A stretch of 54,202 nt of DNA from a virus. Lineage: Duplodnaviria > Caudoviricetes. Shown piece by piece: positions 25,406 to 35,234 of this stretch (its first letter is position 1; each line of letters begins with the position of its first letter). The stretch covers positions 1 to 54,202 of the IMG/VR virus record IMGVR_UViG_3300036859_000099. One strand, 5' to 3'. The notes beneath the pieces were generated by a model. It saw nothing but the letters and a program-made list of their open reading frames with translations, had not been told where the DNA came from and did not search any database. The position numbers were made by a program, and so were the translations under genes.

Positions 25406-27003
25406 CCCGCACCGCCGTGGCAGGGACGAGGGCCAGGGCCGGCTACCGCGTGGTGGGCGCGCCCATGACCGCGCGCGGCGTCTCGATCCCCGCTCCGGTT
25501 GGCGGCTGGGATGCGATCAGCCCGCTGGCGGCCATGCCCGAGACCAACGCCGTCACTCTGGAAAACACCTTCCCGCAGCCTGGCTATGTCGAGATCAGGA
25601 AGGGCCACAAGCGCCACATCCTGACGGGGGCGGCGGCCATCGAGAGCCTGATGCCCTATCACGGCCTCACGGCGGCCGGCGATCGCCTGTTCGCGGCCAC
25701 CACGACGGTCGTCTCCAACGTCACGGCGTCGGCCTCCACAACGGCCTCAATTGCCGTGTCCGGTCTCAGCAATGCGCGCTGGCAGCACGTCAACCACTCG
25801 ACCTCGGGTGGCAACTTCCTGTGGATTTGCAACGGCGCCGACGCCCCGCGCATGTATAACGGCACGACGTGGGCGACGGCGAGCGTGGTCGGCATCACCG
25901 CGACCAGCATTATCAACGCGGCCGTGTTCAAGAACCGCCTCTGGCTGACACGCACCGGACAGATATCGCCGGCCTACCTCAACACCGACAGCGTGCAGGG
26001 CACCGCCACGGTGTTCGATCTGACGGGCGTGTTCGACAAGGGCGGCTTCCTGCAAGCCGTCGGCGCCTGGTCGCTCGATGCCGGCGCCGGCCCGGACGAT
26101 CTGATCGCCTTCGTTACCAGCCGCGGCGAGGTGGCGGTCTATAGCGGCACCGACCCGGCCACCAACTTCACCCTGAAGGGCGTGTTCGAGATGGGTGCGC
26201 CGATCGGTCGGCGCTGCCTGACCAAGGTCGGCGCCGACCTGGTCGTCATCTCGATCGATGGCGTGCTGCCGCTGTCGAAGGCGCTGATCACCGATCGCGC
26301 CTCGGCCATCACCGAAGCCCTGACCAAGGCCATCCAGCCGGTGATGAACCAGTCGGCGCGCGACAACGGCGCCAAGTTCGGCTGGCAGCTGATCGGCTAT
26401 CCGCGTGGCACGCGCGCCATCCTGAACGTGCCGCTCAGCGAGGGCGTCGAGCAGGAGCAGTACGTCATGAATACGGTGACGGGCGCCTGGTGCCGCTTCA
26501 ATGGCGAGAATGCCAACTGCTGGGCGGTGTTTCAGGACAAGCTCTACTACGGCGGCAACAATGGCCGCGTGATCGAGGCCGACAGCCAAGGCTACGACGA
26601 TGACGGCTCGATCGCGGTCGATATCGAGACGGCCTTCAACTACATCGGCAACCGCGGGCGACTGAAGAATTTCACGATGTGCCGCGCGCTGCTGACCACC
26701 GACGGCCAGGTGCTGCCGGGGCTCGGCCTCAACGTCGACTTCGCGCGTCAGCAGGAGGTCGGCGCCACCACGTTCGAGTCCGGCTCATCCGATCTGTGGG
26801 ACGTTGGTCTGTGGGATCAAGGCGTGTGGCCCGAGGTCAACCGCATCGTCACCGACTGGACCAGCGTTGCCGGCATCGGCTACTGCGCCGGCATCCGCAT
26901 GACGGCGACCATCACGCCCGGCGTCGGCGTGGACCCCAGCCAGGCCCTGGTGCTGGCCATCAACGGCTTTGATGTGCTGGTGCTTGATGGAGGCTTCCTG
27001 TGA
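25402..27003 (+). CDS. Tail nozzle/packaged-DNA stabilisation protein
   Basis: PAPVGGW and FKNRLW; beta-rich; WD..LWD...W motif; size and position. Confidence 0.75.
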   Translation: MTRTAVAGTRARAGYRVVGAPMTARGVSIPAPVGGWDAISPLAAMPETNAVTLENTFPQPGYVEIRKGHKRHILTGAAAIESLMPYHGLTAAGDRLFAATTTVVSNVTASASTTASIAVSGLSNARWQHVNHSTSGGNFLWICNGADAPRMYNGTTWATASVVGITATSIINAAVFKNRLWLTRTGQISPAYLNTDSVQGTATVFDLTGVFDKGGFLQAVGAWSLDAGAGPDDLIAFVTSRGEVAVYSGTDPATNFTLKGVFEMGAPIGRRCLTKVGADLVVISIDGVLPLSKALITDRASAITEALTKAIQPVMNQSARDNGAKFGWQLIGYPRGTRAILNVPLSEGVEQEQYVMNTVTGAWCRFNGENANCWAVFQDKLYYGGNNGRVIEADSQGYDDDGSIAVDIETAFNYIGNRGRLKNFTMCRALLTTDGQVLPGLGLNVDFARQQEVGATTFESGSSDLWDVGLWDQGVWPEVNRIVTDWTSVAGIGYCAGIRMTATITPGVGVDPSQALVLAINGFDVLVLDGGFL

Positions 27004-27497
27004 TCACGCGCGCCAACAGCGAGGACGAGAAGCTGGCGCTGGTGGCCTACCTCGCCAGCAAGATCGGCACATCTCCGGCAACTCTTGTCGGTCAAATGCC
27101 CTACGAGATCGTGGCCACCACGGACAGGGCCGGCAAGCCGAACGGCGCCGTCATGTACATCAACTGGCGCGGCTCGACCATCGAGATGGCGTGCGCCGGC
27201 GAGCCCGGCTGGCTGACGCGCGCGCACCTAGCAGAGTTGTTCCGCTATCCCTTCGAGCAGATGCGGTGCTGGACGGTGCTGACGTTGGTGCGGCGGCGCA
27301 ATGCACGCGCCCGTCAATTCAACGTCAAAGTCGGTTTCACGGAGCTGTGCGTGGTCCGCAACGGCCCCGACAAGTCCGAGGATTCCATCCTGTACGGCAT
27401 GAGCCGCCCTGAATGCCGCTGGCTTCCATGCGCCGAGGCAATCAATCGGCAATCGGCAATCGCGAACGGAGCCCACGCCAGCAGAGGAGTGCCCTGA
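27000..27497 (+). CDS. GNAT-fold virion assembly protein
   Basis: WLTR...LFRYPFEQ, N.RAR...KVGF; lies between nozzle and ejection genes. Confidence 0.75.
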   Translation: MITRANSEDEKLALVAYLASKIGTSPATLVGQMPYEIVATTDRAGKPNGAVMYINWRGSTIEMACAGEPGWLTRAHLAELFRYPFEQMRCWTVLTLVRRRNARARQFNVKVGFTELCVVRNGPDKSEDSILYGMSRPECRWLPCAEAINRQSAIANGAHASRGVP

Positions 27498-28513
27498 CAA
27501 TCGGTAAATCCGCACCAAAGGCGCCCGATCCCTATCAGACCGCAGAGGCTCAGACGCAGTCCAACATCAGGACCGCGCAAGAGCAGCAGCGGCTCGGCAT
27601 GATGGGTCAGGAGAACGACCTGTACTCGACCCAGTACGTCACCGACCCGTCGAGCCCGTCCGGCTATCGCGCCGTCACCCATCTGTCGCCCGAGCAACAG
27701 GCACTGCTGGGGCAGAGCCAAGACATCCAGGGGTTGTACGGTGACATCGCCGGCCAGCAACTGGGCCGCGTTGGCGATGTCATGGCCACGCCGTGGGACA
27801 TGTCGGCGGCGCGCGGCACCGAGATCAGCGACATGCAGAGGACGTTCCTCGATCCGGTTTGGCAGGGCCGGGAGGAAGCGCTGAAGACGGACCTGATGAA
27901 CCGGGGCATCCGCGAGGGCAGCGACCAGTGGGCCGATGCTACCCGCGACTTCGAGTCCGGCCGCTCCAGCGCCTATGATCGCATGTTCCTCGACGCCTAC
28001 ACCAAGGGCAACGAGGCGGCGCTCACCGAGCGCAACCAGCCGATGGCCGAGCTGGCGGCCCTGCGCGGCGGGTACATGCCGCAGACGCCGGGCACGCCGC
28101 AGGTGCAGACGCCGTCGCCTGGCGTGTCGCCGACTGATGTCTCAGGTCTCGTGCAGAACAACTATAACCAGGAAATGCAGCAGTACAACGCTGGCATGGG
28201 CGGTCTGTTCGGGCTCGGCTCGGCGGCATTGGGCGGTTGGGCCAAGGCTGGTTTCCCAGGTGCCTCCGCAGCTATCGGCATGCTGCCATTCTCAGACCGC
28301 CGCGTGAAGACGGATATCCGCAAGATCGCCGACGATCCGCGCGGCTGGGGCGTCTATCTGTTCAGGTACATCGTCGACAAGCTCAAGGGGCCGGCTCCAT
28401 GGCAGCTCGGCTACATGGCCGACGAGGTGGCGCGCGTGCGTCCGGACGCCGTCATGATCATGCCCGGCTACGGCACGCGCATGGTCGACTACGGCGCGCT
28501 GGCTGAGGCATAG
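27494..28513 (+). CDS. Ejection/pilot protein with C-terminal S74 chaperone domain (start CTG 27494 or ATC 27500)
   Basis: GKSAPKAPDPY N-terminus; GGLFGLG; SDRRVKTDI...GYMADEV...VDY. Confidence 0.8.
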   Translation: MTIGKSAPKAPDPYQTAEAQTQSNIRTAQEQQRLGMMGQENDLYSTQYVTDPSSPSGYRAVTHLSPEQQALLGQSQDIQGLYGDIAGQQLGRVGDVMATPWDMSAARGTEISDMQRTFLDPVWQGREEALKTDLMNRGIREGSDQWADATRDFESGRSSAYDRMFLDAYTKGNEAALTERNQPMAELAALRGGYMPQTPGTPQVQTPSPGVSPTDVSGLVQNNYNQEMQQYNAGMGGLFGLGSAALGGWAKAGFPGASAAIGMLPFSDRRVKTDIRKIADDPRGWGVYLFRYIVDKLKGPAPWQLGYMADEVARVRPDAVMIMPGYGTRMVDYGALAEA

Positions 28514-28516
28514 GAG

Positions 28517-30145
28517 ATGGTCATGGCTTTCGGTGACATGCTCGGGGTCGACAGCGGCGACAGCGGCTCTTTCACGCCGGAGTCCTTGAAGCAGCGCCGG
28601 CGGTTGGCCGAGGCCATGCTGCAGACGGGCATGGACATCAGTCCAATCCAGAGCCCGTGGCAGGGCCTCGCCCGCATGGCCAACGCCGGGATTGGCGGCT
28701 ACGAGCTCGGCGCAGCGGAGCGCGCGGAGAAGGCGGAAAAGGCGAAGACCACGCAGACGCTGCTCGGTCTGCTGGGCGATGACAAGGCCGCCGCGCCAGC
28801 CAGTGCGGCGCCGACGGCTACGGCGGCCGCCGGGCCCAGCGATTTCACGGCGTGGCTGAAGCAGAAGGAAGGCTTCAATCCGAGCGCCTATGGAGATTTC
28901 AAACAGACCAGCATCGGCTATGGCACCAGGGCGCAGCCTGGCGAGACTTCCATCTCGCCAGAGGAGGCCGAGAAGCGCCTTGGCGTCGAGCTGAGTAAGG
29001 CGCGCCAGCTGGTGCAGGGCTTCGGCGTCAAGCTGTCGCCCAAGCAGGAGGATGCGCTCACCGACCTGACCTACAACTCCGGCACCAAGTGGATGAGCGA
29101 GGGCCTTGGCGCGGCGGTCAAATCCGGCAACTGGCCGGTCGCCCGGCAACTGTTCGAGAAGTACATCAACGCTGGCGGCAAGCCGCTGCCCGGCCTTGCT
29201 TCGCGGCGCAAGGAGCTATCGCCGTGGCTGCTTGATACCGGCGGAGCTCCGGATGTGGAGACGCCCTTTGGCACCGTGACGGCGGCCGGCACGACCGAGG
29301 CACCGGCAGAGGCCATGCCGGCCGCGCTCGGTGGGTCGCCCGCGGCCGCAGCGGCTGCGGGCCAGCCAGCGCCTAGCGCCACGGGAAGGCCCGCCGCCAT
29401 CTCGCCGCGGCCGCTGCCGCCCGAGACAGCGGCGCAGATCAGAACGCTGCTGGCCAACCCAGCCACACAGGCGCTCGGGTTGCAGATGTTGCAGGAGGCG
29501 CGCAAGGCCGCGATTCCCAATTACGAGTTCAAGAGCGCGGGAGACAACGCCTTCCGCTTTGATCCGCGCACGGGGCAAGCGGAGCCGATCACGGGCGCTA
29601 GCGGCGGCAAAGCGCCACCCGGCTTCCGGTGGAACCAGGACCACACACAGCTCGAGGCGATTCCGGGCGGGCCAGGAGAGCATATTTCAAGCGAGGCGGC
29701 CGGCCGCCTGGCCATGATGCAAACGGCCATGCCGGGCGTCGAAGAGGCGCGCAAGGTGTTCCTGAAAAGCTGGGGGCCGAAGGAGTTGCTGCAGAGCCAA
29801 TTCAGCGGCGAGCATGACCCAGCCTTCATCACGGGCGAGATCGGACGCGCGCAGCGCTCCGTCAGGATAGCCATCGAGGCCACGTTGCGCGTGATGACGG
29901 GCGCAGCAGCTCCCGAAAGCGAGGTGCAGCGCTATGAGGCCATGTTCATGCCTACCGCAAGGGACAACATCCAAAGCGCTACGCAGAAAATGGATGCGCT
30001 GCAGAGCTTCATGAGCAATGCTCAGGAGCTGTCTACCCGCGGGCGTAGACCTGCAGAAGGGTCGCAGCCGCCGGGCGCAAAGCAGCCTGGAGCGCCGGCG
30101 CCAAAACGCGTCAAATACAATCCCGAAACCGGAGAGCTGGAATGA
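28517..30145 (+). CDS. Ejection protein with GH24-like lysozyme domain
   Basis: KEGF...YGD...TSIGYG, DALTDLTYNSG, PGLASRRKE. Confidence 0.82.
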   Translation: MVMAFGDMLGVDSGDSGSFTPESLKQRRRLAEAMLQTGMDISPIQSPWQGLARMANAGIGGYELGAAERAEKAEKAKTTQTLLGLLGDDKAAAPASAAPTATAAAGPSDFTAWLKQKEGFNPSAYGDFKQTSIGYGTRAQPGETSISPEEAEKRLGVELSKARQLVQGFGVKLSPKQEDALTDLTYNSGTKWMSEGLGAAVKSGNWPVARQLFEKYINAGGKPLPGLASRRKELSPWLLDTGGAPDVETPFGTVTAAGTTEAPAEAMPAALGGSPAAAAAAGQPAPSATGRPAAISPRPLPPETAAQIRTLLANPATQALGLQMLQEARKAAIPNYEFKSAGDNAFRFDPRTGQAEPITGASGGKAPPGFRWNQDHTQLEAIPGGPGEHISSEAAGRLAMMQTAMPGVEEARKVFLKSWGPKELLQSQFSGEHDPAFITGEIGRAQRSVRIAIEATLRVMTGAAAPESEVQRYEAMFMPTARDNIQSATQKMDALQSFMSNAQELSTRGRRPAEGSQPPGAKQPGAPAPKRVKYNPETGELE

Positions 30146-30363
30146 CCCTATCGAGATGGGAAGTCTGGGGAGTGCTCGTGCTGGGTGCGGTGCTGCTGTC
30201 GGCTGTCGTCCTTCTCGAAAGAGACCTACGTGCCGAGCGCAAGCGGACATTTGTCGCATGCGAGCAGGTGCCGAAGCGCGATGGGGCTAAAGCAACGAGG
30301 CGACTGCGCTATGACGCCGTCACAGGCAACCTCATCAATGTCGAGACAGGCGAGATCGAGTGA
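30142..30363 (+). CDS. Small single-TM protein inserted between ejection genes
   Basis: N-terminal TM segment; coupled on both sides. Confidence 0.6.
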   Translation: MTLSRWEVWGVLVLGAVLLSAVVLLERDLRAERKRTFVACEQVPKRDGAKATRRLRYDAVTGNLINVETGEIE

Positions 30364-32714
30364 TGCCGATCGAAATCGACGCCCCTGATGGCAGCATTGC
30401 CGAGTTCCCGGATGGCACTCCGCCTGATGTGATGAAGGCTGCCTTGGCTAAGAGGTATCCCAAGCCGCTGACGACAGCCGAGACGCTTGCCGATGTCGGT
30501 GACCAAGCCATCAGGGGCTTATCCAAAAGCATTGTCGGCACAGCGACGGCTCCGTACCGCTTGCTCAAGGCCGCATCCGATGAGGCGGCGGCACGCATGC
30601 ATGCCCAAGGCTACAAGTCCATCGTGCTGCCGGATGAAGCGACGCTGCCGGCGGTCGAGGAGATGGAGCTGTACAAGCCGTTTCTGAAACAGCCGGAACC
30701 GGCGAGCGTCGCTGGACGGTATGCACGGGCAGCCGGAGAGGCGGTGGGGGCCAGCGCCATCCCAGGAGCGGCCCTCACTGGTGCGGCCCCCAGGCTGGCC
30801 GCCATGGCCCCCACAACCCTTCCCAGGGCGATAGGGCAGGCAGTAGCCGCTCCTATCGCGGCGAGGCCTGGCGCGGCCGCGGTGGCCGATGTGGTCGCAT
30901 CCACTGGCGCCGGGGTGGCACAGCAAGGCGCAGAGGAGGCTGGCTTCGGCCCGCCGGGACAAGCCGTGGCCGGGATTGTGGGGGCAGTGACGCCGCTGGC
31001 ATTGGCCGGCGCCGCCCGCCGGCTGACGCGCGCTGCCAATGAGGCGGCCGCCGGCCGCGCGCCGCATGCGCAGATGGCGCAGCGCCTGGCAGCCGAGCCC
31101 GGCACCGGGGCGGGACCGACGCTGGAGGAGGTCGCAGAGAGCGTTGCCGGCGGCGCCAATCGCCAAGCCCTCGATATCCTGGGTCAGGAGATGGTGCGCA
31201 ACGAGGGGCGCGCGGGCGCGGCCGCGACAGCCACCATCGACCGGCTCATGGGCGAGCAGGGCATCACCAGGGCGACGGCTACCGGCAGGGTGCGCGAGCT
31301 TCTGCGCTCACAGGAGGGAAGCGAGCTACTGTTCGCCGAGCAGCCGGCAGTGGCGCGGGCCATCACCGAGACGCGTGGCACCCGGCCAGCGCAGCGCGGG
31401 CCGGCGGGCATCCGCGAGCTGGAGGCGCAGACGGGCCGCGTCGAGGAGGCGCGCACGCAGCGCGAGCTGGAGCGCATTGCCAATGCCTTCACGGGTGACA
31501 GCGCGGCCACCGTGCGCAACGCCGTCGCCGGCCGCATGGAGGCGCTGAGAGAGCAGCTGCGGCAGCGCTTCTCGGCACAGCCGTTCGCGCCGGGCACCAT
31601 GCAGGACGCCGATGCGCTCGTGCAGCGCATGACGCGGGCGGCACAGGCCGAATATGCTGCGACCTATGGTGGTCCGGGGCGCGCGGCAAACGTCAACTAT
31701 GGTGTGCTGCACGGACTGCTGCAGCGCATGGTGGACCGGCACCTGAACCGCATGGCGGGCCGGTCCGGAGAGCAGGCGGACGCCCTGCGGCGCGCCATCG
31801 ACGGTCTGTTCATCGAGCTTCCCACCGGGCAGCGCGTCGTCATGCCGTCGCTGCAGATGGCCCAGGACATGCGCGGCGGCATCCGCGGCATGATCAGCGG
31901 TGCCGAGCGGTCGGGCCGGAGCGACATCGTCAATACGCTGCAGCCGCTCTATAGCGACATGACCCGCATCATGGAGCGGGCCTCGCCGTCGTGGGCGCGG
32001 GCCAACAGGCGATGGGCCGACATGCGCATCGGTGAGCGTGCGCGGGAGCTCGGCGAGGCGTTCGCAGAGCGCGCCGGGCCACGCTACCGGGCAGACCTGA
32101 TCGAATTCAGGCAGCTGGCACCGGAGATGCAAGACCTCGTGCGCATCGAGTTCGCGCAGCGCCTGGTCGACAAGGTCGACAACGCCGGCGGCACGCATGA
32201 CCTGGCCAAGCTGTTCGATAAGCCGGCCATGCGGGCGGCGGTGCGCGATCTGTTCGGCAACGAGGCTTCGGTGGAGCTGTCGCGGCTCATCCGCGACAAC
32301 CAGGTCGCGACCAAGAGCTACCGCATGATGGGCGGCTCGCCGACCCAGCCGCGCCAGCAGCTGGAAGCCATGGCAACCGGAGACATTGATCTGCTGGCGG
32401 CCATCGACCAGGCCAGCGTCAGCAACTTCCGCAACGCCGCGGTGCGCTGGGTTGCCAACAAGCTGAAAGAGGGCCGCAACCGCGAGCTGGCCGGGATCGC
32501 CACGACGCCGATGCGCAATGTTCCGGCGGTGGCCGAGCACCTGGAGCGCATGCGTCGGGCGAATGCGCGCATGCGCGATGCGCAGCAGCCTCGCTATCCG
32601 CAACTGGCGCCAGCAGGCGCGCTGGCCCCGGCAACGCTGCCATACGAAGGGCAGCAGGCCGAAAGAACGCCGCGCCGACGCCTGCAGGACGCGATGAGAG
32701 GAAGCGGGCAATGA
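30360..32714 (+). CDS. Large ejection (DNA transfer) protein
   Basis: IDAPDG...EFPDGTP N-terminus; Ala/Gly/Arg-rich helical sequence; C-terminal RRRLQDAM. Confidence 0.78.
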   Translation: MMPIEIDAPDGSIAEFPDGTPPDVMKAALAKRYPKPLTTAETLADVGDQAIRGLSKSIVGTATAPYRLLKAASDEAAARMHAQGYKSIVLPDEATLPAVEEMELYKPFLKQPEPASVAGRYARAAGEAVGASAIPGAALTGAAPRLAAMAPTTLPRAIGQAVAAPIAARPGAAAVADVVASTGAGVAQQGAEEAGFGPPGQAVAGIVGAVTPLALAGAARRLTRAANEAAAGRAPHAQMAQRLAAEPGTGAGPTLEEVAESVAGGANRQALDILGQEMVRNEGRAGAAATATIDRLMGEQGITRATATGRVRELLRSQEGSELLFAEQPAVARAITETRGTRPAQRGPAGIRELEAQTGRVEEARTQRELERIANAFTGDSAATVRNAVAGRMEALREQLRQRFSAQPFAPGTMQDADALVQRMTRAAQAEYAATYGGPGRAANVNYGVLHGLLQRMVDRHLNRMAGRSGEQADALRRAIDGLFIELPTGQRVVMPSLQMAQDMRGGIRGMISGAERSGRSDIVNTLQPLYSDMTRIMERASPSWARANRRWADMRIGERARELGEAFAERAGPRYRADLIEFRQLAPEMQDLVRIEFAQRLVDKVDNAGGTHDLAKLFDKPAMRAAVRDLFGNEASVELSRLIRDNQVATKSYRMMGGSPTQPRQQLEAMATGDIDLLAAIDQASVSNFRNAAVRWVANKLKEGRNRELAGIATTPMRNVPAVAEHLERMRRANARMRDAQQPRYPQLAPAGALAPATLPYEGQQAERTPRRRLQDAMRGSGQ

Positions 32715-32953
32715 AGCTTCCCCCCATCACCAAATCTCCAGTGCCGCCCTACGATCCACTGGCCAAACAATTCGCCTCCGAGGAACTACGGCTGATCCTG
32801 GAGAAAGACCGTCTGCAAAGGGTCGGTCGATTGCCCGCCTTCTCCCGTCCGCTGGTGCCGCTCGAGGAACGGGAGAACATCGGAGCGCTCACTGGGCGCC
32901 AGCGCCTGTTGGACGCGATGATGCAGTCGGACAAGCAAATAGGGAAGGATTAG
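32711..32953 (+). CDS. Small protein with C-terminal RQRLLDAM
   Basis: ATGA coupling. Confidence 0.6.
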   Translation: MKLPPITKSPVPPYDPLAKQFASEELRLILEKDRLQRVGRLPAFSRPLVPLEERENIGALTGRQRLLDAMMQSDKQIGKD

Positions 32954-32958
32954 CAGCC

Positions 32959-33309
32959 ATGGCATTCGAGATACCCGAAATCTTTCGCAACGGCATCGCC
33001 GGGCAACTGATGGGTGGCGGCAAGGGCGGCAGCAAGCAGCCCCCGCCGATGCGACCGCCGACCAGCCCCATGTCTGGGGCAGCTGGGCCTGGGCTAACGG
33101 GGTCTTGGGCATCTGGAGGCGCTCCCGGTGGCGGAGGCAGTCAGCCGCAGCCTGGCAGCGCCGTACCGCAGGCAACGGGTAGCTTCTTTGGGCCGCAGTC
33201 GACCGATCAGCGTCTCGCACTCATGCGGGCGATGGCGGGTCGCGCGCGGGGGCGGCCAGCGATGCCGGGCGGTACTGGCATGCCTTCAGGCGGACCACCC
33301 GGGTACTGA
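32959..33309 (+). CDS. Gly/Pro/Met-rich low-complexity protein
   Basis: RBS upstream; in operon. Confidence 0.55.
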   Translation: MAFEIPEIFRNGIAGQLMGGGKGGSKQPPPMRPPTSPMSGAAGPGLTGSWASGGAPGGGGSQPQPGSAVPQATGSFFGPQSTDQRLALMRAMAGRARGRPAMPGGTGMPSGGPPGY

Positions 33310-33313
33310 GATG

Positions 33314-34156
33314 CTAGGCCTCGCGCTCACGTTTGGCGGCATTCAAACGCCGCATCTTGGCGTTCTGGCACGTGCGACAGCACCGAGTGCCATCCGGCGA
33401 CACGTAGGTGTTGGCGACCGTGTACTCGTGGCCGTACTTGCAATGCGTGCGGCGCTTCTGGCGCTCGGAGAACTCGCCGCTTCTGCGCTTCGCAAGCTCT
33501 TCGCGGTCGAGGTCGTAGGTGTGGACGGGCTTGCCTTCTGCGCGGAGCCCATCACGTCGAACGCGGGCATCCTCTCTCGCGCACGTGAGGCATTCCTTGC
33601 ACCTTCGGTTGTATCTCTTGACGACGTTATCAGGGGTGAGTGCATGCCCGTTGGAGCAATGTGTGCGCGCGCTGATGCGCATTTCCCCACCACGCTTCCA
33701 TCCCCGCAGTTGCATCTCGGTTGGTGGCAGGGTCTTCGGCCGACCGCCCTTCCTGTGCGTTGGGGCAAGCACCTCCGCAAGGGACAGACCAAGGCGCGCA
33801 CGATTGATAATCGTTCCTGTGACCAGACCAGATTGCTCCGCAAGGTCGAAGGCCACGTATTCCCGTCCCTCGACGGTGACGCGCCTAGTGCGGCGCTGGT
33901 TCTTGTTCTGATCGCTGTGGGTGGCCCACCGGCAGTTACCCGGCTCGTAGTGGCCGTTGGCATCGCGACGGTCGAGCGTCATGCCAAGCGGTCGCGGCGA
34001 CATGTCGGCCTCGAAGTTCTTGAATGTCTGCCACCGCTCGCAGACGCGGATGCCGCGCGCTCCGTACCACTCATAACTTGGGTGGCTCGGGCTTTCACAG
34101 CGGTATCGCATTTGCTGCCAAGTCACGAACAAAGGCGGTCTGATCTTGTGAGGCAT
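33314..34156 (-). CDS. HNH-type homing endonuclease with two C-terminal THC..GH Zn-finger repeats
   Basis: WQQMRYRC, YGARGIRVCERW, TLDRRD.NGHYEPGNCRWAT; RTHC..GH occurs twice. Confidence 0.88.
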   Translation of the reverse strand: MPHKIRPPLFVTWQQMRYRCESPSHPSYEWYGARGIRVCERWQTFKNFEADMSPRPLGMTLDRRDANGHYEPGNCRWATHSDQNKNQRRTRRVTVEGREYVAFDLAEQSGLVTGTIINRARLGLSLAEVLAPTHRKGGRPKTLPPTEMQLRGWKRGGEMRISARTHCSNGHALTPDNVVKRYNRRCKECLTCAREDARVRRDGLRAEGKPVHTYDLDREELAKRRSGEFSERQKRRTHCKYGHEYTVANTYVSPDGTRCCRTCQNAKMRRLNAAKREREA

Positions 34157-34223
34157 TGTGCCCTCCGTCGGTTTGATCCGTTATGCGTACCACGAGACGG
34201 ATCGAACATCAAGGGAGAGCGAA

Positions 34224-35039
34224 ATGTCCCGTAACGGCTCAGGCCAAATGGCGATTTTGAATTCGTTCACGCCGAACACGGTAATGTCGGCTACTGCAGT
34301 TAATGCGAATTTTTCTGATTGCGGCACGGAGATCACGGGCTCGCTGGCGCGTGATGGCCAGTCGTCGATGTCGGGGCAGATGAAGGTGATCGACGGCAGC
34401 GCCGGGGCGCCGGGCATCGCCTTCGGCAACGACACCAATACGGGATTCCGGCGCGCTAGTGCCGACGAGATGCGCTGGGTGGCGGGTGGCGTCGATCGCT
34501 TCTTTGTCGACAGCGCCGGCAAGGCCTGGCAGCTCGGTGCCATGGACGTAGCAGGCGCTCTCAACTTGCAAGGCGCGCTATCCGGTGCGGGCGTCCCCGA
34601 CTTGGCTGCCATCGAAGCCCTGACGGGCGTCGGGGCGTTGCGACGCACGGGCATCAACACCTGGGCGCTCGATAACGGCACCACCAACCTGTGCTTGATC
34701 AAGAGCAGCAACGGCGTCGCGCTGGCGGCTGGCATCATCGGCGACATCGAGGTGCATCACGCCGCCACCATTACCGCAGTCACGATGCTGGCCGATCAGT
34801 CAGGTTCTGCGGTGGTCGATATCTGGAAAGACAGCTACGCGAACTTTCCGCCGACTGTCGCCGATACCATCACCGCCGCCGCGAAGCCAACCATCAGTGC
34901 TGCCACCAAGAGCACGGATAGCACGCTGACGGGTTGGACTACCTCAGTTGCGGCTGGAGACATCCTGCGCTTCAATCTCGACAGCGTCGCCACCATCACG
35001 CGGCTCGGCATTTTCCTGACCATCAAGCGGTACACGTGA
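34224..35039 (+). CDS. Tail fibre/adaptor protein, paralog 1
   Basis: MSRNGSG tail-attachment N-terminus; SLARDGQ; PGIAFGNDTNTG. Confidence 0.8.
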   Translation: MSRNGSGQMAILNSFTPNTVMSATAVNANFSDCGTEITGSLARDGQSSMSGQMKVIDGSAGAPGIAFGNDTNTGFRRASADEMRWVAGGVDRFFVDSAGKAWQLGAMDVAGALNLQGALSGAGVPDLAAIEALTGVGALRRTGINTWALDNGTTNLCLIKSSNGVALAAGIIGDIEVHHAATITAVTMLADQSGSAVVDIWKDSYANFPPTVADTITAAAKPTISAATKSTDSTLTGWTTSVAAGDILRFNLDSVATITRLGIFLTIKRYT

Positions 35040-35233
35040 TGCCGAGAAACGATCCAGACAAGCCGCTCTACGCCAGCTGGAGCAGTATGCGCGCTCGCAC
35101 ACACTGCAGCCGTGGACACGAGTTCACAGAGGCCAACACCAGAATAACCCCGGATGGCTGGAGGAACTGCCGCGCATGCCATGCCGCCAAGATGCGGCGT
35201 CGCGCGGCTGCCAGAAGAGCAATGGGAGGCTGA
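35039..35233 (+). CDS. Miniature Zn-finger protein related to the HNH at 33314-34156
   Basis: PLYASWSSMR joined directly to RTHCSRGHEFTEANT..PDG.RNCRAC. Confidence 0.7.
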   Translation: MPRNDPDKPLYASWSSMRARTHCSRGHEFTEANTRITPDGWRNCRACHAAKMRRRAAARRAMGG

Positions 35234-35234
35234 C

